Shown here piece after piece: positions 18,312 to 26,948 of a stretch of 33,916 nucleotides of DNA. This stretch comes from an uncultured Clostridia bacterium (GTDB lineage Bacteria; Bacillota; Clostridia; Oscillospirales; Ruminococcaceae): the NCBI GenBank assembly GCA_937894185.1, contig CALCSA010000485.1, positions 1-33,916 on the forward strand. Direction: 5' to 3'. The position numbers and the translations under genes are program-made. The notes under the pieces are model-generated. The model was not told the origin of the DNA and did no database searches. It was given only the letters and a program-made list of their open reading frames with translations. Positions within the stretch are counted from its first letter, which is position 1. Every line of letters begins with the position of its first letter.

Positions 18312-19049
18312 ATGAGATACCGGTCCAGCATTACTGCCCATTCCGGTTGTGAGGGAACCCTCAGAGACTCCAGAGAATCCCTGGAAATCGCTTTGCAACT
18401 AAAAGCTGATGCAGTAGAAGTTGATGTGCGCCAAGCTCCCGACGGCACTTTGGTCATTTCTCATGACAGGCAAAGCACTTACCACAATGTTTTAACTCTG
18501 GAGGAAGTCATCGCCCAGGTCGCAGCAAATGGCACTATTCTCCTCAACTGCGATCTGAAAGAGGCCCAAGCTGCTCAGGATGTATTACATATGGCAGGGC
18601 GTTTGGGTCTTTCAGCCGAAAAGCTGATTCTTTCCGGCAGCCTATCTCCTTCTGCGCTGCGGGCTGATCCTGTGATTTCCCGGCATTGCAGCATTTATCT
18701 CAACATTGAGGAACTGCTGGGTGAACTGGTCGGCGTTACACCCCAAGAAAACGGATTGTCCCTTTGGGTGCAGCTGCAGGATAAAATTCAGGATATTTCC
18801 TCTTACCTGCAACCTGTTTCCGGCATTTGCCGCGAGTTGAAGGTGGGGGCGCTCAATCTTCCCTATTTTGCTCTCACGGAACCTTGTTTCAAACTGGTAG
18901 ACGAAATCCCCCTCTCTGTTTGGACTGTTAACGAAGAATCTATGATGCAACATATGTTCCGGCTAGGTGTGAAAAATCTTACCACTCTCAATGTAAGGCT
19001 GGCCATGAAGCAGCGGGAAAGCTTACGGGGGGAACCTGTAGTCCAATAA
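18312..19049 (+). CDS. glycerophosphodiester phosphodiesterase (GDPD)-family protein
   Basis: ITAHSG, AVEVDVRQAPDGTLVISHD, LNCDLK, SVWTVNEE, GVKNLTT; start at ATG 18312 after GAAGGT. Confidence 0.85.
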   Translation: MRYRSSITAHSGCEGTLRDSRESLEIALQLKADAVEVDVRQAPDGTLVISHDRQSTYHNVLTLEEVIAQVAANGTILLNCDLKEAQAAQDVLHMAGRLGLSAEKLILSGSLSPSALRADPVISRHCSIYLNIEELLGELVGVTPQENGLSLWVQLQDKIQDISSYLQPVSGICRELKVGALNLPYFALTEPCFKLVDEIPLSVWTVNEESMMQHMFRLGVKNLTTLNVRLAMKQRESLRGEPVVQ

Positions 19050-19096
19050 CTGTCTAACCGCTTGCACCGGTGTTTTATGATCTCGAAAGGAAGGCG

Positions 19097-19942
19097 ATGT
19101 CCATGAGTTACCTCAATCCCAAGCGCTGGCTGCATATGATGGGCCGTAAAAAATTTGGAGAATTTTTAATTTTAGCTGCATTTATGCTGTTTTTCTATGG
19201 ACCGCTGCTTCACATGTTTATGCTGGCCTTTGCCAACAAGTACGAAATGCCCGGGGTGCTCCCTCAGGAATTCGGCTTTCAGTGGTGGAGATACGTACTG
19301 GCGCAGCCTACTCTGGTCAGCTCCATAGTCCTTTCCTTTACAATTGCCCTGATTACCACCGGGCTTTCCCTGCTAATCTGCATCCCGGCCGCCTACGTGC
19401 TGGCCCGGTATGAGTTCCCCGGACGAAAGCTGGTCATGTTTTCCTTCCTGTTGGGCAATGCGTTCCCAAAGATCGGCATCTATGCTTCCATGGGTATCAT
19501 TTTTTACCGCATCGGCCTGATGGGCACCTTGCCCGGCGTGCTGATCGTCCATCTGCTGGGGGGCATGATGTTGATGATCTGGATGCCCACCAACGCCTTT
19601 AAAAACGTGCCCCGTCAGCAGGAGGAGGCAGCCCGGGACATAGGAGCCGGCCCGATCCGCACTTTTTTCTATGTAACACTGCCCATGGCCTGGCCCGGTA
19701 TCGCAGTGGCCTCTATGTTTACCTTTATCGGCTCCTTGGGGGAAAATCAGGGTACCCTGTTGGTGGGACTTCCCAACTACCGCACTATGCCGGTAGAAAT
19801 GTACGGTGTCATTCTGGATTATCCTGCTACCGCAGGTGCTGTATTTGCCCTGATTCTTCTGATTCCCAATATTCTTCTTCTATTTTTAATGCGCAAATAC
19901 GTAGGCCCCGAAACTCTTTCTAAGGGATTTAAAATGGGCTGA
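19097..19942 (+). CDS. ABC transporter permease (PotC-like)
   Basis: Six hydrophobic segments; EAA loop EEAARDIGAGPIRTFFYVTLP. Confidence 0.92.
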   Translation: MSMSYLNPKRWLHMMGRKKFGEFLILAAFMLFFYGPLLHMFMLAFANKYEMPGVLPQEFGFQWWRYVLAQPTLVSSIVLSFTIALITTGLSLLICIPAAYVLARYEFPGRKLVMFSFLLGNAFPKIGIYASMGIIFYRIGLMGTLPGVLIVHLLGGMMLMIWMPTNAFKNVPRQQEEAARDIGAGPIRTFFYVTLPMAWPGIAVASMFTFIGSLGENQGTLLVGLPNYRTMPVEMYGVILDYPATAGAVFALILLIPNILLLFLMRKYVGPETLSKGFKMG

Positions 19943-19992
19943 CAGATCAGACTCAACCACGAGCACGGATTACAAGAAGCGGGGGTACTAAC

Positions 19993-20982
19993 ATGAGCGG
20001 CAACGCAAAGCTGGAAATTCGGGATTTGACCATGCTCTACAAAACCGGTGATGGTGTGCGCAATATTAACCTAGCGGTGGAGCAAGGGGAACTGGTGACC
20101 CTTTTAGGTCCTTCGGGGTGTGGAAAAACCACCATTTTGCGCACAATCGGAGGCTTTCTTCACGCCGCGTCGGGACAAATTTTAATTAGCGGTAAAGATA
20201 TTACCCACATGCTTCCGGAAAAGCGCCCCACCGCCATGGTATTTCAGAGCTACAACCTTTGGCCTCACATGACGGTTTATGAAAACATGGCTTTTGGGCT
20301 TAAACTGCGCAAAGTTTCCAAAAGTGAACAAAAGCGGCGGATTGCCGAAATGCTGGAAATGATCAAGATGTCCGGTTACGAAAAAAAATATCCCGGGCAG
20401 ATGTCCGGTGGACAGCAGCAGCGCATCGCCATCGGGCGTTCTCTGCTCCTGCAACCCGATGTTCTGCTGCTGGATGAACCTTTTTCGGCGCTGGATGCCA
20501 AAATTCGCTCCCAAATGAGGGAAGAACTGCGCAAAATTCAGACCGACCTGAACATCACCGTGGTCTTTGTCACCCACGATCAGGAGGAAGCCATGGCTCT
20601 CTCCGACCGGATCGTGGTCATGAACAAGGGCTCCTTCGAACAAGTAGGGCCCCCACAAGAAATTTACAATCATCCTGCCAGCCGCTATGTGGCCGATTTT
20701 ATCGGCGAAATGAACTTTATACCCATGCCGGACGGTTCCGCCAAAGCCGTCCGCCCCGAAAATGTCAGTGTTTCTCCCGGTACCGGCGGTAATCTGGATG
20801 GCTATGTCCGCACCATCATGATGCTGGGCCACTATATCGAAATGACGGTCGATACCGATTGCGGCATTGTCAAGCTGTTTGTTTCCGCTGAAGAAGCTGA
20901 GCGGTACAAGCGGGGGGACCCCGTAGCTCTCACCTTTGGGGAGTCCCATCGCTATAACGACGATCAGAGCGCGGCCGGATAA
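19993..20982 (+). CDS. ABC transporter ATP-binding protein (PotA-like, C-terminal TOBE)
   Basis: GPSGCGKT, VFQSYNLWPHMTV, MSGGQQQR, LLLDEP, VTHDQEEA. Confidence 0.96.
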   Translation: MSGNAKLEIRDLTMLYKTGDGVRNINLAVEQGELVTLLGPSGCGKTTILRTIGGFLHAASGQILISGKDITHMLPEKRPTAMVFQSYNLWPHMTVYENMAFGLKLRKVSKSEQKRRIAEMLEMIKMSGYEKKYPGQMSGGQQQRIAIGRSLLLQPDVLLLDEPFSALDAKIRSQMREELRKIQTDLNITVVFVTHDQEEAMALSDRIVVMNKGSFEQVGPPQEIYNHPASRYVADFIGEMNFIPMPDGSAKAVRPENVSVSPGTGGNLDGYVRTIMMLGHYIEMTVDTDCGIVKLFVSAEEAERYKRGDPVALTFGESHRYNDDQSAAG

Positions 20983-21027
20983 CGACGGAATGCACTCTGC
21001 TTATATTGAAAAGGAGGATTACGATTC

Positions 21028-22248
21028 ATGCAAAGGAAAAAAACCTTAGCGCTTTTACTGGTGATCTGCCTGTTTGCCATGATTTTCACTGCTTGTGGCG
21101 GCAGTAGCAGCCCCTCACCTGCTTCCAGCGCAGCATCTCCCGATCCAGCAGCCTCCCCTTCCCCGGCAGCGCCCTCCGCCCCTGCCGAAAAACCTACCGT
21201 AACTCTGTGGACCACCGGTTCCCAGAATCTGTCCGATCTGTTTACCAAGGCCATTGAAGAGTACAATTCGCTTCCCGACGCCAAGTGCAAAATGGAACTC
21301 CAGTTCCTGATGAGCGGCACCGGAGATACCGTTTTGTATGATCGCCTAGCCGCCGCCTTTAAAACCAACCAGACCAAAGATGGCTTTGACATCATTGCGG
21401 AAAACAGCACCTCCCTCTTCAACTACGAGGCGGTGGCTGGAAGTGATGAGCTCTTCCTCCCGGTGGATTTTTCCAAAATCCCCAACTTTGCCAACGTACA
21501 GGTAGAGACTGCCTTCCATAAGGAAAAGTCCGTTCCTTACCGCATTACCACCGTTGTCATGGCTTACGACGAAGAACGCCTGCCCAATCCTCCCAAAACC
21601 TGGGAAGAGTTGGCTCAGTGGGTCAAAGAAAACCCGGGACGTTTTGCCTATAATCCTCCTGCCAGTGGTGGAGCCGGCGGTGCTTTTGTAAAAACTGCCG
21701 TCTATCGCACCCTGCCCAAGGATGCCTGGACTTCCGACGATTCCAAGTGGGTGGAGCAGTGGGGTGCCGGTATGCAGTATCTCATCGATCTGCATCCTCA
21801 CCTTTATTCCTCCGGTGGTTCCGTGGTATATCCTAACAAAAACCAAGGCCCCATCGATCTTTTGATCAACAAGGAAGTGGATATGATCCCCGCCTGGGCC
21901 GACCAAATCATGCAAAATATCAATCAGGGCACCTTGCCTGCCACCACCAAGATGACTAACTTTGATATTCCTTTGGCCGGCACCGATGTAGTCTTTACCT
22001 TCCCGTCTGTGGGCTCCCATCAGGAGGAAGCCTACGACTTCGTTAACTTCATGCTCGGTTCGCAGGGCCAAAAGCTCTGCCTGGAAACCATCTTCGCAGT
22101 TCCTGTGATCGATATTTCCGGTATCGACAGCCCCGCTAAGGCCGCTGTAGAGGACCTGGATATCAGCAATATGTCTATTATCGCTCTGGGTGATTTGGGT
22201 TCCGAGCTCAACGACAAATGGGACGCGGAAATCGCCACCCTGGGCTAA
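21028..22248 (+). CDS. ABC transporter substrate-binding lipoprotein (PotD/YnjB-like)
   Basis: Lipobox FTAC, Ser/Pro/Ala linker, PPKTWEELAQWVKENPGRFAY, EVDMIPAWAD. Confidence 0.9.
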   Translation: MQRKKTLALLLVICLFAMIFTACGGSSSPSPASSAASPDPAASPSPAAPSAPAEKPTVTLWTTGSQNLSDLFTKAIEEYNSLPDAKCKMELQFLMSGTGDTVLYDRLAAAFKTNQTKDGFDIIAENSTSLFNYEAVAGSDELFLPVDFSKIPNFANVQVETAFHKEKSVPYRITTVVMAYDEERLPNPPKTWEELAQWVKENPGRFAYNPPASGGAGGAFVKTAVYRTLPKDAWTSDDSKWVEQWGAGMQYLIDLHPHLYSSGGSVVYPNKNQGPIDLLINKEVDMIPAWADQIMQNINQGTLPATTKMTNFDIPLAGTDVVFTFPSVGSHQEEAYDFVNFMLGSQGQKLCLETIFAVPVIDISGIDSPAKAAVEDLDISNMSIIALGDLGSELNDKWDAEIATLG

Positions 22249-22283
22249 TAAAACGATAGCATACCGTTTCCCTTGCAATGGAA

Positions 22284-22319
22284 AAACAGAGGTGGCTGCC
22301 TGTGCCGCCGCCTCTGTTT
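22284..22319 (+). other. intra-operon stem-loop after the binding-protein gene
   Basis: AAACAGAGGTGGC/GCCGCCTCTGTTT 13-bp stem; could stabilise the mRNA or partially terminate. Confidence 0.65.
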
Positions 22320-22356
22320 ACATCAACCGGGCATGCAGCCGGAAGGAGTATTGGCA

Positions 22357-23208
22357 ATGACCCAAAAAACGTGGAAGACCAATGTGTTTATCGCATGTAT
22401 GCTGCTGCCGGCTCTTATTCTGGCACTAGGTATTATTCTGGTGCCTATGATCAATGTTTTCATCCAAAGCCTTCAGGATGGAAATGGAAATTTCTCATTG
22501 GAGCAGTATTATTTTCTGTTTACAGACAAATTGGCGCTTCAAAACCTATGGTACACCGTATGGATTACTGTGGTAACGGTAGCAGGTGCCATTACAATTT
22601 CTTACCTGCTGGCCCTATACCTGCGTTTTTCCGATTCTAAAATCAGTAAGGTGATTAGCACGGTCTATCTGCTGCCCCGCTTTGTTCCCCATCTGGTAGC
22701 TATCTACGCCATGATGACTGTGGTACGGGATTCCGGTTTTCTCAATCGCCTTTCCCAGTTGTTCGGCTACAATTTTAAACCGGGGCTACTCTACAACGCC
22801 AAGGGAATTATCATGATGAATCTGTGGTTTAACATCGCCTTTGCTACTATGATTATTGTGGCGGCCTTGGCAGGAATTCCAAACTCCATTATCGAAAGCT
22901 CCCGGGATGTAGGTGCCGGCAGAATTTACACTTTTTTTAAAATGGTATTACCCCTGTCCATCAAAGATGTTTTAGTCGCCATGACCTTTATCTTTATGAG
23001 CAACATTAGCTCCTTTACGACCCCTTATATTATCGGCCCTAACCACCCCAAAATGTTTGGAGTGTACCTGCGGGATCAGTTCTCCAAGATGCGGTACGAG
23101 CGGGCGGCAGCGGTATCGGTGCTTATCTTTGCCTTTTCCTCCATATCCGCCATTGTCTATCTATATACCAATCTAAAAGAAAAGGAATGGGAGAAAACCG
23201 GCTTATAG
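22357..23208 (+). CDS. ABC transporter permease (PotB-like)
   Basis: AAGGAG RBS before ATG 22357; six TM segments; EAA-like loop IESSRDVGAGRIYTFFKMVLP. Confidence 0.92.
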   Translation: MTQKTWKTNVFIACMLLPALILALGIILVPMINVFIQSLQDGNGNFSLEQYYFLFTDKLALQNLWYTVWITVVTVAGAITISYLLALYLRFSDSKISKVISTVYLLPRFVPHLVAIYAMMTVVRDSGFLNRLSQLFGYNFKPGLLYNAKGIIMMNLWFNIAFATMIIVAALAGIPNSIIESSRDVGAGRIYTFFKMVLPLSIKDVLVAMTFIFMSNISSFTTPYIIGPNHPKMFGVYLRDQFSKMRYERAAAVSVLIFAFSSISAIVYLYTNLKEKEWEKTGL

Positions 23209-23281
23209 CACGTAAGACATTTGGACGATCGGCTGTTTCGGCAACCATACACGTACCATAATCTAAATTGGATCAAAAGCA

Positions 23282-23314
23282 GCCGGGGGACTCCATCTAA
23301 TGGAGTCCCCCGGC
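23282..23314. terminator. hairpin between convergent operons (likely terminator)
   Basis: GCCGGGGGACTCCAT-CTA-ATGGAGTCCCCCGGC perfect 15-bp stem. Confidence 0.85.
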
Positions 23315-23360
23315 ATTCATAATGGCGATTCTGCTTGCTTTAGTGTTCATTTTCATTTGT

Positions 23361-24260
23361 CTAGCACAGGCCGGTTCCCGCCCGCAGCAGGTAGCTTTCG
23401 GTGGGATGTTCCACCCACTGGGTGACCTGCCTGCCGATTTCCATCACGGCATCCAGATCAATGCCGGTGGAAACCCCCATGCGATTCAGCAGGTAGACCA
23501 CATCTTCGGTAGCGATGTTACCTGCGGCACCCGGTACAAAGGGGCAGCCTCCCAATCCGGCAAAGGAGGTGTCGAACCGGGTGACCCCGGCCTCCATAGC
23601 AGCCATCAGGTTGGCGATACCAAGGCCGCGAGTGTTGTGAAAGTGCATCCACCACGTCACCTGAGGGTAGCGCTGCTGCATCTGGGTACACATCCGGTAT
23701 ACCTGATTGGGAACCGCCATCCCCGAGGTATCGGAAAGGGAAATCTCCTCCACTCCAAGGGAAAGGTAGGTTTCCACAATGGCCACGACGTCCTCCAGGG
23801 GAATCTCCGCCTCCCAAGGGGAAGCAAAGGGCATGGAAATAGAGCCGGAAAGGGCAATTCCCGCCGCTTTGGCAGCCTGAGCGCAGGGGGCGAAGCCCTC
23901 CATGCTTTCCTGCGGGGTTTTGTTGAGGTTGGCAAGGTTGTGGGCACGGCTGGCGGAAACATTGAGCTTTACCTTCTTACACCCGCAGGCAGCAGCCCGC
24001 TCCACCCCTTTCAGGTTGGCGATCAGGGCCCGCAGCTCCGCCTTGCTCTCCCCCACTTGGCGGTAGAGCTCGTCGGTATCCGCCAGTTGGGGAACCGCCT
24101 TGGGGCTCATAAAGGAGCCCGGTTCGATGACGGTAAATCCCGCTTCCATCAGCCTTTGGGTCAGGAACAGCTTGCGCTGGGTGGGGAAAAGGGTCTGCTC
24201 ATTTTGCAATCCATCCCGCAGCCCCACCTCACAAAGGGTTACCTGATTCGGCAAATTCAT
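23361..24260 (-). CDS. HMG-CoA lyase-family (DRE-TIM) acyl-CoA lyase
   Basis: EVGLRDGLQNE, SLSDTSG, HFHNTRG, GLGGCPFVPGAAGNIATED. Confidence 0.92.
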   Translation of the reverse strand: MNLPNQVTLCEVGLRDGLQNEQTLFPTQRKLFLTQRLMEAGFTVIEPGSFMSPKAVPQLADTDELYRQVGESKAELRALIANLKGVERAAACGCKKVKLNVSASRAHNLANLNKTPQESMEGFAPCAQAAKAAGIALSGSISMPFASPWEAEIPLEDVVAIVETYLSLGVEEISLSDTSGMAVPNQVYRMCTQMQQRYPQVTWWMHFHNTRGLGIANLMAAMEAGVTRFDTSFAGLGGCPFVPGAAGNIATEDVVYLLNRMGVSTGIDLDAVMEIGRQVTQWVEHPTESYLLRAGTGLC

Positions 24261-24272
24261 AAGAACCGCCTC

Positions 24273-26090
24273 CTATTTGTGGGAAGCGCCGTGAGCCGGC
24301 GTCACGTAGTTTCCATCCACTTTTTTGATCAGCTTGCCCTCCCGCACCAGCTCGCTGGGGCGGTAGATGTCGTTGATGTTCCAGCAGCCCGGAGTGGGCA
24401 CTGGGATGTTTTCCATAGGCACATCAATGAGGCAGGGCTGGCCGCCGGCAATCGCCTCTCTCAGAGCGGGAGCGAAGTCGTCTGCCTTTTCCACCCGCAC
24501 CGACTTCACGCCATAGCCCTTGGCAATGGCAGCCCAGTCGGGGTTATAGGACTTCCCATCGGGAGTGGTGAACAGGGTGCCGAACTGGGTGCCAAAGTTG
24601 GCTTTCTCCAGACCTGCGATGGTTCCAAAGGCGGAGTTGTTCATCACTACCCAGATGACGGGGATGTTCTGCTCCACAGCGGTGGCCAGTACCGAGGGAT
24701 TGGTACCGAAGCCGCCGTCGCCGATCAGGGTGATCACCACTTGATCGGGGGCAGCCAGCTTGGCTCCCAGCACCGCCGCCGAGCCAAAGCCCATGGTGGC
24801 AAGGCCGGAAGGGTGATGGATGGTGCCGGGCACGGTGACGTCAAACTGCTGGGCCACACCGTTTTTGTTCCAGCCCACATCGGTGAAGATAAGAGCGTCC
24901 TCGGGCAGCTCCTGCTTTACATCCCGCAGAATGCGCTGGGGCGTCATGGGGAAGCGGCCGTCGTCACACACTGCCTGATTCTTCGCCTTAAAGTCGGCCT
25001 TGGCCTTGGCGATTTCTTCCCGCAGTCCGGGACGGCGGATGCCTTCCGGCCGGAGCTCCTTCACCGCATCCAGAATCTGAGTCAGCGCCAGCTTGAGGTC
25101 CGCTACCGCCCCAATGGCCACCGGATAGTTCCGGCCGATTTCGCCGGGGTCGATGTCAATTTGCAAGAAGCGGGTGGTGGGCATGTGGAAGGTGACACCG
25201 TCATACCAGCTGGAGCTGTCGGCTTCCGCCAAGCGAGTGCCCAGCGCCAGAATCACATCGGCTTCCAGTGTTTTTTGGTGGGTAAAATCAAAGCCCCAGA
25301 ACCCGGTCTGCCCCAGTAGGAGAGGGTGCCGGTCGGAAACACAGCCCTGCCCCATCAAGGTGCGGGAAATGGGAATATCGCAAAATTCCGAAAGCTCCGC
25401 CAGCTCCCGGGAAGCATCTGCCAGCAGGATGCCGCCTCCTGCATGGAGCACGGGATGCTTAGCTTCCACCAGCTCCCGGGCCATCTCCTTGGCGATGGCG
25501 GGGTCCAGCGCAGGCTTGCCGGTAAAGGAGCTGTCCCGGTGGGTGCGCAGGAACAAGTCCTCCTCAATTTCCCGGGAGAACATATCCATAGGCACCGAAA
25601 TCAGCACAGGGCCGGGGCGTCCGCTTTCCGCCAAACGAAAGGCTTTGTCCAGAATGGAGGGCATGGCCTCTGGGTCGTCGATCCGCCAGGCCCGTTTGAC
25701 AAAGGGCTTGTAGATATCGTACTGGGAGCCGTCGCAGTGCATGTTAACTTCCTGATGGGGGTGACGGCCGTAGTAGTAGCTTGGCACATCCCCGGCGATC
25801 ACTACCATGGGGATGGAATCAAAGGCGGCGTTGGCCACACCGGTGGTGGCGTTGGTCAGCCCCGGCCCCAGATGGCAGAGCACCACGCCGGCCTTCTTTT
25901 TGATGCGGGCGTAACCGTCGGCGGCGGTAGAGGCTACCTGCTCGTGGCGCACCGACACATACTTGATCTTCTCACTGCGGGACAGAGCATCCAGCATGCC
26001 GATGACGGTGTGCCCGCACAGGCCGAAGATATATTCCACACCCCGGCGCTCCAGGTAGTCCACCATCAAATCGGAAAGCAGCTTCTTCAT
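24273..26090 (-). CDS. thiamine-diphosphate-dependent enzyme (ALS/IolD superfamily)
   Basis: RHEQ catalytic Glu, GPGLTNATTG, SGRPGPV, DVG, GLATMGFG, ThDP motif GDGGF...MNN; no ALS small subunit adjacent. Confidence 0.93.
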   Translation of the reverse strand: MKKLLSDLMVDYLERRGVEYIFGLCGHTVIGMLDALSRSEKIKYVSVRHEQVASTAADGYARIKKKAGVVLCHLGPGLTNATTGVANAAFDSIPMVVIAGDVPSYYYGRHPHQEVNMHCDGSQYDIYKPFVKRAWRIDDPEAMPSILDKAFRLAESGRPGPVLISVPMDMFSREIEEDLFLRTHRDSSFTGKPALDPAIAKEMARELVEAKHPVLHAGGGILLADASRELAELSEFCDIPISRTLMGQGCVSDRHPLLLGQTGFWGFDFTHQKTLEADVILALGTRLAEADSSSWYDGVTFHMPTTRFLQIDIDPGEIGRNYPVAIGAVADLKLALTQILDAVKELRPEGIRRPGLREEIAKAKADFKAKNQAVCDDGRFPMTPQRILRDVKQELPEDALIFTDVGWNKNGVAQQFDVTVPGTIHHPSGLATMGFGSAAVLGAKLAAPDQVVITLIGDGGFGTNPSVLATAVEQNIPVIWVVMNNSAFGTIAGLEKANFGTQFGTLFTTPDGKSYNPDWAAIAKGYGVKSVRVEKADDFAPALREAIAGGQPCLIDVPMENIPVPTPGCWNINDIYRPSELVREGKLIKKVDGNYVTPAHGASHK

Positions 26091-26102
26091 CGGTTCTCCC
26101 CC

Positions 26103-26921
26103 TTACAGATCATGTTTTTGCAGATAATCTTTGGCGCTTGCAATGCAGCGGCGCACGTGCTCGGCGTAGCCGAATTCCGCAGCGTTGACCAGATGAGGCA
26201 GTTCGATGCTGCAGGTGGTGTTCTTGGGCATCCGGCTGATGTAGGCCGCCATGTCGATGGCGCCTTCTCCGCAGTAGCGCCTCGCATCCCGGCCGATGAC
26301 AATCAGCTCCTCGCTGGTGTCGGGAATGGCGGCAGGGCCGTCGCACAGGTGGAAGAAGTTAAACCATTCCGGGGGACAGCTTTCCAGCTCCTCCGGTTTG
26401 ACTCGGGAGCGGTGGGCGTGGAGGGTATCCACCATCAGGCCCATATTGCTTCTGTTTACCCCTTCCAGAACCTCTTTGGCCTGAGTCAGAGTGCTGACAC
26501 TGGCTCAGGTGACAAATTCCAGCTGCACTCCCAGGCCGTATTTAGCGGCGAGATCGCAGAGCTCGCCAAACTTTTCGATATAGTAAGGTTTGTTGGAGGT
26601 CCAGATGCTGGAAAGCACAAACTTGGCTCCCAAAGACGCTCCTACTTCCATGGCCGGCTCGTAGCTGCGAAGATCCACCCCTTCCAGAATCCGCATCAAC
26701 TCAATGTCGTGGATGCCGACGCCGGTGGCCTCCATTGCCCGTTTGGTCTGGGCCAGCAACTGAGGCTGGCTGGCCAGATCGTAATTCCCCTCCCCTGCAA
26801 CTCCAAGGTTGACCAGACGGGGGCTGACATAGTCATAGCCGGCCATAGCGGCAATATAAATCAGTTCCGGTGTAGGACACCGCAGCGCGGTAAGGTGAGC
26901 CAGAGAAAATTTGCGCTCCAT
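26103..26921 (-). pseudogene. AP-endonuclease-2/xylose-isomerase-like TIM-barrel protein (dehydratase-like) interrupted by one in-frame TGA at 26505-26507
   Basis: ORFs 26505..26921 and 26103..26444 are in the same frame, joined by ...LEFVT*ASVSTLTQAKEVLEGVNRSNMGLMVDTLHAHR. Metal-ligand pattern EF / DxxH / HLCD / R..GEG / IE is intact over 272 codons. Confidence 0.85.
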
Positions 26922-26948
26922 ATCCTGTTCCTCCTTCGTGGTGGTGTA

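Noticed and set aside
24273-26090. Annotation as ilvB (biosynthetic acetolactate synthase)
   Set aside because: No ilvN/ilvC/ilvD neighbours, divergent GLCGHT N-terminal motif, and catabolic operon context.
26505-26507. Genome-wide TGA=Trp reassignment as the explanation of the in-frame stop
   Set aside because: TGA terminates several ordinary genes here (e.g. 7119, 8558, 9790, 19942) and Trp is encoded by TGG elsewhere.
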